The notes under the pieces: model-generated
Database searches by the model: none
What the model was told of the DNA's origin: nothing
What the model saw: only the letters and a program-made list of their open reading frames with translations
Program-made: the position numbers and the translations under genes
Source of the DNA: Candidatus Hodarchaeota archaeon
GTDB lineage: Archaea > Asgardarchaeota > Heimdallarchaeia > Hodarchaeales > Hodarchaeaceae
Length of the DNA stretch: 64,000 bases
Reading direction: 5' to 3'
Assembly: GCA_016839815.1 (NCBI GenBank)
Contig: JAEOTM010000060.1
Location: 1 to 64,000 of the forward strand
Shown: in pieces, positions 41,660-51,835 of the stretch
Position numbering within the stretch: the first letter of the stretch is position 1
Layout of the letters: each line of letters starts with the position of its first letter

Positions 41660-41726
41660 CGGTTTCAACAACGAAATGCTAATATAAAAAACTACAGGAT
41701 GATCGCTCAGCAAGGAAGGATAATCT

Positions 41727-41960
41727 ATGTCTATTAAAGATCAAATCGAAAGTAATTTGGAACAAATAAGACCAGCTCTTCAACGAGATGGCGGAGATGT
41801 CGAGTATGTTGACTATGATGTTGATAGTGGTATTTTAAAAGTCCGATTGATGGGTAGTTGTCGTGGTTGTCCATATTCTCAAATGACTCTTTCAAACGGA
41901 ATTAAAAGACATCTACAACAGAATTTTCCAGATCTCAAAGACGTTGTCTCTGTAGAATAA
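41727..41960 (+). CDS. NifU/NfuA C-terminal domain Fe-S carrier
   Basis: IRPALQRDGGDVE...GSCRGCP. Confidence 0.95.
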   Translation: MSIKDQIESNLEQIRPALQRDGGDVEYVDYDVDSGILKVRLMGSCRGCPYSQMTLSNGIKRHLQQNFPDLKDVVSVE

Positions 41961-42166
41961 ATTCCAATTATTTTAATCAGATAGGGAGGGAAGTTCATTT
42001 TTCCCTAAAAGAGCTTCTATTTCAAGATAGTTGGTATTAACCATCCATCTGACTCCAACAACTACATGTTTCTTCTTATCAATCTTGGTATCTAGATCAA
42101 ATCAAGCTGGATGAAGTGAATCCTTTAAATATGACAAAGGTATTGATTCTAGAAATGAATGTATAG

Positions 42167-43507
42167 TTGAGATTTGTGAAAACAGAGCTTAAAGCATTGA
42201 GAGATAATTCGCTGACAGAATCAAGTAGAGCTAAATTAATTCGAATTTTGTCTCAAAAATTGATTAATCTTAATTCTCCTAGTTTAATTCTTAAAACACT
42301 ACATTCAATCTTAAAAAATCACTTTTTGTATACTTTTATGATATTAAGTAATCCTACCAAAAAACCTGGCCTATTGATATATCCTGCAAAGGTCGTTTTC
42401 TCTTCTAAAGATATTTCTGATTTTTTAATTGAGTTGAACGCAAGAAAACTTAACTCTGATGTTTCTTATCATCATTACAACGAAGTAAATGAGATTCCCT
42501 TATCAATTGGAGGGAAGAATATTCAAGAGATACTAATATCTCGAATCAATACAAAACAAACTCCAAACCTATTTTTTGGAATAGTGAGTTTCGATAGACC
42601 CTTAGGTCTTACACGTACTGACTTAGATTTCTTTCAAACCATAAATAAGATGTTATCACTTAAGTACGCGAATATTGAACTTGAAAAATCTGTAAAGAAA
42701 GCTAAAACACAGATAATTGATGATTCACAACGATTACAACGAGAAAATGAGCAACGGTCTGAATTACTTAGAAAAATCAAGTCACAAACCCAAGAACTAC
42801 GCTTAAAAACCCAAGAAGTTGAAGAATTTGTCTATAGTGTAAGTCATGATTTGAAAACTCCCGTTATCTCAATTCTAGGTTTTATTGAAACTCTTAAAAC
42901 AGATTCAGAAAATAAATTTTCTCCAGAGAGTCTATTTTACCTTGAACGAATGGAGAGTAATACGCGTCATGTAATCTCAATGATTGATGAAGTTCTTGAA
43001 TATTCACGAATAGGTAGATTTACACAAGAAAGAATTGTAGTCAATCTTTCAACGATCATAAATGAATCTCTTCTTAGATTCTCAAAAAGGATAAAAAAGG
43101 GGAAGATTAATATAGAATTAGATGATGAGTTTCCTGATGTGGAAGTAGAATTCAATCGAATGATCCAACTTTTTGATAACTTGATTGGTAACTGCTTGAA
43201 ATTTATGGGAAGTCAATCTTCCCCGCAAATTAAGATTGGGGTTACTTCTCAAAACTCTGAATATGTAAAAGTTTTTGTTAGAGATAATGGAATTGGAATA
43301 CCAAAAGACTCACAAAAGAAAGTGTTCAATTTATTCACTAGGGCATCAAATATCAGTGAAAACATTGAGGGGTCAGGGATAGGCCTTGCTCAAGTGAAAA
43401 GAATAGTAGAACTACATGAGGGAAAAATCTGGTTAGAAAGTGAAGTAGGAAAGGGAACTACAATATCATTTACTCTCCCGATTTCACAGTTAATTACCTC
43501 GGATTAA
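42167..43507 (+). CDS. Sensor histidine kinase (GAF-like + HisKA + HATPase)
   Basis: SHDLKTP, NLIGNCLKF, DNGIGI, GSGIGLA, GKGTT. Confidence 0.93.
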   Translation: MRFVKTELKALRDNSLTESSRAKLIRILSQKLINLNSPSLILKTLHSILKNHFLYTFMILSNPTKKPGLLIYPAKVVFSSKDISDFLIELNARKLNSDVSYHHYNEVNEIPLSIGGKNIQEILISRINTKQTPNLFFGIVSFDRPLGLTRTDLDFFQTINKMLSLKYANIELEKSVKKAKTQIIDDSQRLQRENEQRSELLRKIKSQTQELRLKTQEVEEFVYSVSHDLKTPVISILGFIETLKTDSENKFSPESLFYLERMESNTRHVISMIDEVLEYSRIGRFTQERIVVNLSTIINESLLRFSKRIKKGKINIELDDEFPDVEVEFNRMIQLFDNLIGNCLKFMGSQSSPQIKIGVTSQNSEYVKVFVRDNGIGIPKDSQKKVFNLFTRASNISENIEGSGIGLAQVKRIVELHEGKIWLESEVGKGTTISFTLPISQLITSD

Positions 43508-44277
43508 GTGCTAATAAACTGGTAGATATATTCAAATAGCTCTGGAGCATCAGGGTCAGTAGTAAAATTGTGTGCAGAGCTCGGATAAATTTTTATCTGC
43601 ACTTTAGTCTCTGGATCAAATTTTCTTCTTATAACTTCATCGATTTCATTTTTTGCAATTGTATCATCCAATTCTCCATAAGAAATAAGTGTAGGTACGG
43701 TTATGTGGACTGACTCGGTATGGAATAGCTTACGTAATTTCAAATATTGAGCTATAGCCTTCGTCGGATAATAATAATAAGCATAAAGCTCATGATCGAG
43801 ATAATATTGGAGTACAGAATCTCCTTTGTAAATAAATTTAACAAAATAAGATAAAATAGGTGCTAAAGAAGCCAATTTGGATTTTAACCCAAATGCAGGG
43901 GCAAGTAAGACGAGTTTCTGAAAATTTACCTTTTTTTTCTGATGAATTAGTAAAGTAGATAGAAGAGCGCCCATAGAGATTCCAATTGGGATAATTGCAT
44001 CACACTTCATTCGTAGTAAATCTAAACCATCCGAGCATGATTTTATCCAATCTAGATAAGAATAATTGGGAAGATTTCGATAATTTGACCCATGTCCTGC
44101 AAGACACACACCATGAACACTAAATCCCTTTTCGTGTAGAAATTTTCCAAGAGAAAGCATTTCTGTAGGAGAGGCTGTAAGCCCGTGAGTCAAAAGAACA
44201 CCTGTATCTGAACCATCAAAATAAAAAGGTTGCGCGTTTTCTTTCAAATGTTCTAACTTATCCAGTTTATTAACCAT
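43504..44277 (-). CDS. Carboxylesterase/monoacylglycerol lipase (alpha/beta hydrolase)
   Basis: HGLTASP, GHG, GISMGA, ELDD, SAH. Confidence 0.92.
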   Translation of the reverse strand: MVNKLDKLEHLKENAQPFYFDGSDTGVLLTHGLTASPTEMLSLGKFLHEKGFSVHGVCLAGHGSNYRNLPNYSYLDWIKSCSDGLDLLRMKCDAIIPIGISMGALLSTLLIHQKKKVNFQKLVLLAPAFGLKSKLASLAPILSYFVKFIYKGDSVLQYYLDHELYAYYYYPTKAIAQYLKLRKLFHTESVHITVPTLISYGELDDTIAKNEIDEVIRRKFDPETKVQIKIYPSSAHNFTTDPDAPELFEYIYQFIST

Positions 44278-44425
44278 GTTTGTCTACCAGTACCTGCTTT
44301 TTAAAAAAACTTGAGAATTGTAGATGAAATGATATCTTGAAAAACCTAGGTGCAATAATACTCAAGAATCGTTTAATGAATGATATTTAATTAGTTGCGA
44401 GTAAGTTCATTCGAGAGGCAAACAG

Positions 44426-45805
44426 ATGAAACAAATTGGTACTCCTTCTTATAAGACATTATGCGCAGGAGTGTTCCTACTATGTCTTTTTTCAATAAAT
44501 GTTTTGTCAGTAATGGTTGTTGCCCAATTAAATACGAGCTCAATTATGAATGACGGCGTAGATCCGATAAGAATAGTACAAACACAATTTGACCATTTTA
44601 AAGGTGTGAATTCTATAATGGTTCAAACTTCTACAAGCTCCCTTGGGGTCTTGTTTGGAACGGCAACCAATGCTTTTCCTTTGTCAATTTTTACGGATTT
44701 TACACAAAAATTAGCCGAAATAGAATTCCAGAATCGTCGAGGAACAGTAATCAATCGTTCTCAACTAAGAACTCGAAATACATTCCTGATGAGGCTAGTT
44801 AAAATCACAGAATACGATAATGTAGGAATTGATAGCAAATTCAATAGTACTCTAACTTCCCCTAGTATTAAAAAGGTCATTGATCTTTCTACTGTGAGAT
44901 TCAAAGTTAATGCAAGTAAAACTTCTACAAATGAGTCTGAATCAGACCTCAGTTATCATTTGGATTTCTCTGCTAATGATATTCCATATAGGTTTGCTAT
45001 TCCTACCTCTAAACTAGATTTCTTAAATATCTCCTTTGATTTTGAAGTTGAGAAATCTCAAGTTACTGTCCCAACGATACCAAAGATTAGAATTCGTTCA
45101 GATGGAAATAGAATTGAGGTTTCTCGAACAGTTAGCACTCAATCAATTGATGCAATACGTTTTGCTCCTCGTTTGAAATTTTCTTGCAATATTAGTGGAT
45201 GGGATTTTTCTTCATCCACCTCCCAACTCGCGTTACAAGTCGACTTCTTTACACATGAGGAAATATTAGGATTAGCTTCAAAAATCGGAGACACTACACT
45301 CTCTCGTGAACTCTTAAAACAAACTGACCTCCTAGGTGAATTCAAATTTTCTACATTACAAAATGGTCAATCACAGGATCATATTTTAGATCAATCTACA
45401 GTTCAAATAGTTAATTACACAGCCAATTCGTTTAATTACAATCGTTTTTCCCTTGGGAACTCGCTCAGAGATTTTCTTAATTTTTCATGGGCTGAAAACG
45501 TAAATGTAGATGGTTCAATTCATCCAGTAACATTTCAACCCCTCTCATCAGAAGCATTACCAATGGCATTAAGTCCGTCACTTAGTCCAGAAGCGAAGAC
45601 AATTGTGCTTCGTGGAGGTTTTATTCTGCCTCAGGGAGATAATATTTACTATGATCCCGAAGTACAACTCGAAGAGCTGAATCCAATATTTAAAATCCTT
45701 CCTCCTCCAAACAGAGTTATCTTAGAAAGTTCTAGTCAGATAATTATGATATCTGGTTTTTTTGTTGGGATACTGATAATCATCCGTCAACGATTCTTGA
45801 AATGA
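44426..45805 (+). CDS. Membrane-anchored, beta-rich surface protein
   Basis: N-terminal hydrophobic signal; C-terminal TM plus RQRFLK; several N-x-S/T sequons. Confidence 0.75.
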   Translation: MKQIGTPSYKTLCAGVFLLCLFSINVLSVMVVAQLNTSSIMNDGVDPIRIVQTQFDHFKGVNSIMVQTSTSSLGVLFGTATNAFPLSIFTDFTQKLAEIEFQNRRGTVINRSQLRTRNTFLMRLVKITEYDNVGIDSKFNSTLTSPSIKKVIDLSTVRFKVNASKTSTNESESDLSYHLDFSANDIPYRFAIPTSKLDFLNISFDFEVEKSQVTVPTIPKIRIRSDGNRIEVSRTVSTQSIDAIRFAPRLKFSCNISGWDFSSSTSQLALQVDFFTHEEILGLASKIGDTTLSRELLKQTDLLGEFKFSTLQNGQSQDHILDQSTVQIVNYTANSFNYNRFSLGNSLRDFLNFSWAENVNVDGSIHPVTFQPLSSEALPMALSPSLSPEAKTIVLRGGFILPQGDNIYYDPEVQLEELNPIFKILPPPNRVILESSSQIIMISGFFVGILIIIRQRFLK

Positions 45806-45821
45806 AGGCAAAAAAGGATAT

Positions 45822-46736
45822 TTGCAGGAAAAACGAGGAATTCATTTGGCCAAGGAAAGCTCTCATACTCTAGAAAATACTAGAGTTCTTCAAGATGTAT
45901 ATGCAGCACTTGGTCATGCTATCCGTTTTGATATTGTGCAATATCTCGGGACCTTTCATCGTCCAGTCCAGTATACAGAACTAGTTGAATGGTTACAAAT
46001 AAAGCCAGGATCCTTTTATTTTCATATTAAAAAGCTTAAGGATCTTGTTCAACAAGATTCGGAAAAAAGATTCCTGTTAACGCCGTTAGGTGAAGTAGCC
46101 CTTGATATAATGAAGTCTGGGGAGACTGTACAGTTAAAACACCAATCTCTTACCGAAATTCATGGAACAGAAGAAATCTTACCTGAAAGATTTTCAATTA
46201 GATTTTTTGGAGAGTTTATCCGTAAAAAGACCTTCGATAGGAATTTCCGTGTGTTTATGAGCCTCATGGTTGTGGGGCAAATTTTACTATTAGATCTCGC
46301 TAAAATAGGGATGGTTCCCTTCTTTTTCGATGGTGGGCTGTATTTTGAGCTGCTTGGATGTATACTCGAAGTAATCGGATCGTTAATTATTATTTGGATT
46401 TTGTTAGAGCTTCTAATGCGGTACTACAGCCCTATCAAGGGATTTTCATATGAATTATTAACTGGAATTCCTATTGCTCTTTTTCCTCTTTTCATCTACC
46501 CAGCATTGATATTCCTATCTGAAAATGTTTCTACATTTGCATTTCTTTCCAGTATTATAGCTAATGCCCAAGTATCAATCCTCATTTTATTTGTCCTCCA
46601 GGTTTCTTCCGCAGTATTCTTAGTTCAGCTCCTACAAGTAATTAAATCAGTTAATTTTGAACGAGCCTTAATACCAGTATTTTTCGTCCTGTATGGTTTT
46701 AGTATCTTCAGTTTCTTTATCTCGGGACTTTTCTAA
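45822..46736 (+). CDS. Membrane-embedded wHTH (ArsR-like) regulator
   Basis: ALGHAIRFDIV...SFYFHIKKL...LTPLG followed by about 5 hydrophobic segments. Confidence 0.8.
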   Translation: MQEKRGIHLAKESSHTLENTRVLQDVYAALGHAIRFDIVQYLGTFHRPVQYTELVEWLQIKPGSFYFHIKKLKDLVQQDSEKRFLLTPLGEVALDIMKSGETVQLKHQSLTEIHGTEEILPERFSIRFFGEFIRKKTFDRNFRVFMSLMVVGQILLLDLAKIGMVPFFFDGGLYFELLGCILEVIGSLIIIWILLELLMRYYSPIKGFSYELLTGIPIALFPLFIYPALIFLSENVSTFAFLSSIIANAQVSILILFVLQVSSAVFLVQLLQVIKSVNFERALIPVFFVLYGFSIFSFFISGLF

Positions 46737-46787
46737 TTTTATAGATCGATGTTAAAGAAATATAGAGAATAATAAAGCAAGGCGTAT

Positions 46788-46860
46788 TATGAATTTGATA
46801 ACGTGATTTGGACTTAATTTGAATTTAAAATTCATAGAATTTGAGAATTCGAATTTTAAT
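46788..46860. promoter_or_regulatory. Candidate operator: palindrome TGAATTT-A-AAATTCA plus repeated GAATT
   Basis: Inverted repeat at 46820-46834; GAATT also at 46791, 46837, 46845 and 46851. Confidence 0.35.
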
Positions 46861-47005
46861 TACCTTCCGACCGATGGGCGAATATCAAAACTAGCTATAA
46901 ACTTGAATTAAGTGTAACACCACTTTATGTGACTTTCAACAAATGTATAACGAGAATACTATAAGGCCCTAGTGAGTAGGTATAAGTAGACATATCAAAA
47001 TAATC

Positions 47006-48883
47006 ATGGTGATAAATCACTTGAAAATACACAAAAGTAAGAAAAGTTGGATAGCAATTACCTCTGCTATCTTCATGCTTGGAATTGTTATCGTTCCAAG
47101 TACTGCAGCATCTAGCCAGTTAGCTACTTCTCCAATACCTGTTGCACGTCCTGACGGGACCTTACAAGGATTATTACACAAGAATATACTTGGATTAATA
47201 CGGGGAATGGAAAGTGCTAACTTTACACCTGATAATGTATATTATGGGGTGTACAATAGTGTTGGTGGTTATACATACACAAAACAAGGTTCTGTGGAGA
47301 GGAATATTACATTAGACCTTGCAGGAATAAAAAACTTCCTTAATCAGTCGGTAGGAAGAATAAAACTTGATGTCACGATCAATGAAGGAGATAAATTATT
47401 CATGGAAGCACTTCTTGAGCATTTAGAAAATCACTCTACGATTCACATCAATAATAGAGTAACTTCAGATGCCATGGTAAGTAGTTACCATGATCGAAAG
47501 GCAGTTACAATATTTTATGATAAAGATCGCAGTGTTCTGGATAGTTTTGAGACCATTAAAGAAAATGGAACAGTTTCCTCTCAACCCTTTACAGGTGATG
47601 AAATATTAACTAATGTCTTTATGACACTTATCCAAGATAAGGTCACTGGATTATATCAAGTTATGAACCAATGGCAATTCGAGGATAATACTTCTGGAGA
47701 GCTACTTCGTAGATTTATTGAACAGTTATCTTCTCGTGATTGGTTAAGTAAAGAACTTCAAGCTTTATTCAGATTCCCAAATATTAACATTATGAGTGCA
47801 CTTTCAGCTCCATCTCAGACACTATCAGCTTCACCAACAGCACCAAAAATTCTTGAACGAGGAACTTTTGAAATTTCTCAATTAAGAATTGATAAGCTTG
47901 ATCTCGCGCGTGTTGGACCCAATCTCCTAGTGAAGGAATATAATTATACCTACTTAGAACATCATCTGCTAGGAACCTTAGTATACAATGATACTAATGG
48001 AAATGGATACATGGATCTTGGTGTGAACACTCTAGGCATCGGAGATAATAGTATTGCCTATCCTAGCATAGGAGATGAAGCTCTCTATAGATTTGATATG
48101 AAAGATATCGCAGAACGCACTTATAGTCGACCAACAACCACCGAAGATGTGTTAGAGTTCGGATCGAAATTTAATGATGTTTCAGGATATCTTCAACCCT
48201 TAGAAAGAAATCAAGACATCTCACTATTTAATGTTTCAACAGAAGAACTCCACACGATTGATGAAGTTTCAACCCTCTTTCATTTTGATGTTGACAATGA
48301 TTTAGGACGAGTAGACCTTAAATTTGACTACATCATTGGTGAATGGAGTAATTCGGCTGATTTAACAGGTTTGAGTCTCAATCAACTGATGGGGACAACA
48401 GTATTTGACGCTCAAAAACGAAGAACTATTCAGTGGCGAGATGAGAATAATGATGCTGTTGCTTCCGATATTGAAAATTCAACAAGAATTTCACAATTCA
48501 AGTTCTCAGATAACACCGCAGAATTTGCGGAAATTCGTTTAGACGATATTAAGTATTATTGGGATCAAACCGAATGGGTAAACGCAATTGGACAACTTAT
48601 ACCACTAAATCTGATTGACGTTGCTTATGGGTCTATATCCAGTGAAGCGGATATGATTCGCAGTATGCGTGCAGATGTATCCCGGAAAACGTATATCTAT
48701 TCAATTTCCTACCCCAAGTGGGGTGGTAAGGAAATACTACATGATCCAGCTTATGCAGTTCTAGCAGGCACTGGAAGTGAAGATACGGATGAACCTGCTG
48801 GTTCAATACCAGGTTTTGAATTCCTTGCACTCTTTATTGCAATACCAGTTTTAGCCACAATTTCTCGTCGTCGACGTTCTTAG
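47006..48883 (+). CDS. Secreted surface glycoprotein with PGF-CTERM-like sorting signal
   Basis: Signal peptide; DTNGNGYMD Ca-binding-like loop; C-terminus IPGFEFLALFIAIPVLATISRRRRS. Confidence 0.85.
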   Translation: MVINHLKIHKSKKSWIAITSAIFMLGIVIVPSTAASSQLATSPIPVARPDGTLQGLLHKNILGLIRGMESANFTPDNVYYGVYNSVGGYTYTKQGSVERNITLDLAGIKNFLNQSVGRIKLDVTINEGDKLFMEALLEHLENHSTIHINNRVTSDAMVSSYHDRKAVTIFYDKDRSVLDSFETIKENGTVSSQPFTGDEILTNVFMTLIQDKVTGLYQVMNQWQFEDNTSGELLRRFIEQLSSRDWLSKELQALFRFPNINIMSALSAPSQTLSASPTAPKILERGTFEISQLRIDKLDLARVGPNLLVKEYNYTYLEHHLLGTLVYNDTNGNGYMDLGVNTLGIGDNSIAYPSIGDEALYRFDMKDIAERTYSRPTTTEDVLEFGSKFNDVSGYLQPLERNQDISLFNVSTEELHTIDEVSTLFHFDVDNDLGRVDLKFDYIIGEWSNSADLTGLSLNQLMGTTVFDAQKRRTIQWRDENNDAVASDIENSTRISQFKFSDNTAEFAEIRLDDIKYYWDQTEWVNAIGQLIPLNLIDVAYGSISSEADMIRSMRADVSRKTYIYSISYPKWGGKEILHDPAYAVLAGTGSEDTDEPAGSIPGFEFLALFIAIPVLATISRRRRS

Positions 48884-48911
48884 ACCCTTAAGGGTCTCTC
48901 TCTTTTTTTTG
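48882..48911 (+). terminator. Hairpin plus oligo-T terminator
   Basis: Perfect 16-bp palindrome AGACCCTTAAGGGTCT followed by CTCTC and a T run, between convergent genes. Confidence 0.65.
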
Positions 48912-48912
48912 T

Positions 48913-50367
48913 TTATCCCTTTATGTTTCCGATAGGTACTAACTGAGCGACTTTTCTAGATAGATCCGCGCCATGGATAGAGTCTACTACATCATTAATA
49001 TTTTTATAAGCAAATCCTGCTTCTTCGGCAAGTCCAGCCATTGATGCAGCACGTACATAAATCCCCTTAGCTTCCATTTGACTACGGAGTACATTTCCCC
49101 TAATTTTCTTCTTTGCTTTAGATCGAGACATCGTACGACCTGAACCATGGGCTGTTGAACCGAATGATTTTTTCATGGCGGTTTTTGTTCCAGCTAGCAG
49201 GTACGAACCTGTTTCCATACTACCTCCTAAAATAACAGGTTGGCCAACTGATTGATATATACTAGGAATATCTTTAGAATTTGGTCCAAAGGATCTTGTT
49301 GCACCTTTTCGATGAACAACTACTTCACGATTTTTTCCTTCAATCGAATAGACTTCCTGTTTAGCAATATTATGTGCAACATCATAAACAAGGTTCATTT
49401 CCATTTCTTCAGCTGATCTGCCAAATACTTTTTCGAATCCTTTTCTTACATGTGACATGATGACCTGACGATTTGCGAATCCGAAATTAGCTGCTGCGGA
49501 CATGGCTTTCAAGTAATTCTGACCCTCATCACTATTAATGGGAGCAGCTGATAATTCCTTCTCATAAATGGGTATTTGCCATTTACTCTCCATTTTATTC
49601 AAAAATTCCCGAAGATAATCAGAAGCAATTTGATGACCAAAACCTCGTGATCCACAATGGACCATAACCACAGCTTGGTCCTTATCAGTGACCCCCATGA
49701 TTTTCGCAGTTTCAGAATCAAAGATTTGATTTACTGTTTGAACCTCACAGTAATGGTTTCCTGAACCAAGAGTACCAAGCTGGTTAATCCCTCTCGATTT
49801 AGCTTTATCACCTATAACACTAAAATCAGCAGCTGAAAGACAACCGTTATTTTCCTGCCTTTCAATATCTTCCTCCCAACCGTAACCATTTTCAATACAC
49901 CATTTACTTCCGTTTTCTGCCACATCACGGAATTGTTGCATAGAAAGCGGAACTGATCCCTTTTTCCCCACTCCAGCAGGAATTAAATCATACAGTGTAT
50001 TGATAAGCTCACGAATTTTTGGTTTAACTTCAGCAACAGTCAGATTTGTAGTAATAAGACGCATACCACAGTTGATATCAAAACCAATTCCACCGGGACT
50101 AATGACCCCTTCATTGACATCAAAGGCCGCCACACCTCCAATTGGAAATCCATATCCCCAATGGGCATCAGGCATTGTCATGGCGTGCCCCACTAGCCCA
50201 GGTAGTTTACTAACATTAATTATCTGTTGAAAAACCCCTCTATCTAACATTTTATATATGGAGGGATTTCCATAAATTCTCACCGGAGCTTTCATCCCAA
50301 AATCTGATCTTTTAGGAATTTCATGAGTATAATCATCAATTTTTACTGCATGATCTTTTACTGACAT
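48913..50367 (-). CDS. rtcB: RNA-splicing ligase RtcB
   Basis: MPDAHWGYGFPIGG, GFDINCG, GSGNHY, HCGSRG, AHN, HRKGAT, AHGSGR, AYK, PIGNIKG. Confidence 0.98.
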   Translation of the reverse strand: MSVKDHAVKIDDYTHEIPKRSDFGMKAPVRIYGNPSIYKMLDRGVFQQIINVSKLPGLVGHAMTMPDAHWGYGFPIGGVAAFDVNEGVISPGGIGFDINCGMRLITTNLTVAEVKPKIRELINTLYDLIPAGVGKKGSVPLSMQQFRDVAENGSKWCIENGYGWEEDIERQENNGCLSAADFSVIGDKAKSRGINQLGTLGSGNHYCEVQTVNQIFDSETAKIMGVTDKDQAVVMVHCGSRGFGHQIASDYLREFLNKMESKWQIPIYEKELSAAPINSDEGQNYLKAMSAAANFGFANRQVIMSHVRKGFEKVFGRSAEEMEMNLVYDVAHNIAKQEVYSIEGKNREVVVHRKGATRSFGPNSKDIPSIYQSVGQPVILGGSMETGSYLLAGTKTAMKKSFGSTAHGSGRTMSRSKAKKKIRGNVLRSQMEAKGIYVRAASMAGLAEEAGFAYKNINDVVDSIHGADLSRKVAQLVPIGNIKG

Positions 50368-50397
50368 TTTTGCACCCTTACTACATCAATAATATTA

Positions 50398-50844
50398 TTA
50401 TAAATCAAATGTAACTCGAGCTTCCCAACCATTATTATTCTGTCTTACAAAGAACTGATAATATGTTACCGCCTTTACATCTGTGATCGTACTCACTTCT
50501 TCATTGATTTCTTGGCCAGTTAACGTCGCGGAAAGAGTATATAGAGAAGTAATTGGATTTTGATCTATAGATAATTTACAATCACTGAATATAAGCAGCT
50601 CTGCATCCTTCAAATAAATTAATTCTTCAAGAAATTCAAATAATAACTGTTCTAGGTTTTGATGTTCGAGTGTGATTTCCTTTTCAAGGATTTCCTTTAT
50701 GGTGTTTACTTCTACACTGGTTTCCATTAGCGCAAGGAATCCAGCATGGAATAACTCTTCCAAGGAGTTACCGAATAGATCAAAACATGCATCAGCAATT
50801 GCGATGTCTTCTAGTAACCGATATGAAACGATTAACACCACCAT
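50398..50844 (-). CDS. Archease
   Basis: YRLLEDIAIAD, EQLLFEFLEELIY, DVKAVTYY, ARVTFDL; adjacent to rtcB. Confidence 0.93.
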   Translation of the reverse strand: MVVLIVSYRLLEDIAIADACFDLFGNSLEELFHAGFLALMETSVEVNTIKEILEKEITLEHQNLEQLLFEFLEELIYLKDAELLIFSDCKLSIDQNPITSLYTLSATLTGQEINEEVSTITDVKAVTYYQFFVRQNNNGWEARVTFDL

Positions 50845-51080
50845 TAAGGTAAGAATCCCTGTTTTTCCTCTTCTTGAAAAGGCTTTATTTGCTAAGTCTA
50901 GAATGTTCTTCCTTAAATTACCTCCTAAGATGAATTCGGTTTATTGTAGAATCTAGTCTAGTAATCTTTTATTAAATAGGAGAGGAAGTACTCTTAGCAA
51001 AGAAATTATTTACCTAAAACTACTAGATTATTTTACCTCAACAAAAGTGTCGAGAACACAATCAGGTGTAAAACCTAGTA

Positions 51081-51743
51081 TCACACTTTTGTTGGAATTT
51101 CTACAGATACATCAGCTTCTTCTTTAAATTTTTTAGCCATGGATTTGTCTCCGACAATAGCTCCAAAATGCATAGGAACTACTAATTTTGGTTGTAGAAC
51201 CTTTGTTGCCTCCAAAGCTTCAGAGACTGTCATGACATAAGTACCACTTACTGGAAGAAGTGCGACATCAGGTTTTATACTGCTCATTTCAGGGATATTA
51301 TCAGTGTCACCTGCATGGTAGATCTTCTGTCCATCTAAATGAATGACTACGCCTATCTTTTCATCTTCTTTAGGATGAAAAGGAACTCCTTCAGACCGAA
51401 ATTTATTTAAATTGTATGCTGGAACGATATTTAGTTCAATTCCCTTAACTGTAATATTATCTCCAGGTTTAACATAATGTACGGTTTTACAATCCAGCTT
51501 GGATAATTCCCCTTCGGCCATTGAAATACCTATTACCTCTGTATCTGAAGAAATAAACTTATTTATATCTTCGATGCTACAATGATCTCCATGTTCATGT
51601 GTGCTTATGACAATATCAACAGGATCATAAGAAGATCCTTCAACTTGAAAAGGATCAATAACCACTGTTTGTTTTGCTGAATTTGTTAGGAGAAACCCCG
51701 CATGTCCTAACCATTGTATCTTTACACTCTCAAAGTTTATCAA
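51081..51743 (-). CDS. MBL-fold metallo-hydrolase (UPF0173-like)
   Basis: WLGHAGF, IDPF, THEHGDH, YHAGDT, PMHFG. Confidence 0.92.
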   Translation of the reverse strand: MINFESVKIQWLGHAGFLLTNSAKQTVVIDPFQVEGSSYDPVDIVISTHEHGDHCSIEDINKFISSDTEVIGISMAEGELSKLDCKTVHYVKPGDNITVKGIELNIVPAYNLNKFRSEGVPFHPKEDEKIGVVIHLDGQKIYHAGDTDNIPEMSSIKPDVALLPVSGTYVMTVSEALEATKVLQPKLVVPMHFGAIVGDKSMAKKFKEEADVSVEIPTKV

Positions 51744-51835
51744 GATTGACCACCATCATTCATCCTGCAAGAGTATTTAATAATCTTGTGAGAAGAGTCT
51801 AATGAAGAATTGGTTTTCATCTCATGTGAGAGTCT

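Noticed and set aside
41974-42100. About 42-codon open frame on the minus strand (DLDTKIDKKKHVVVGVRW...)
   Set aside because: No convincing start or RBS and no recognisable motif
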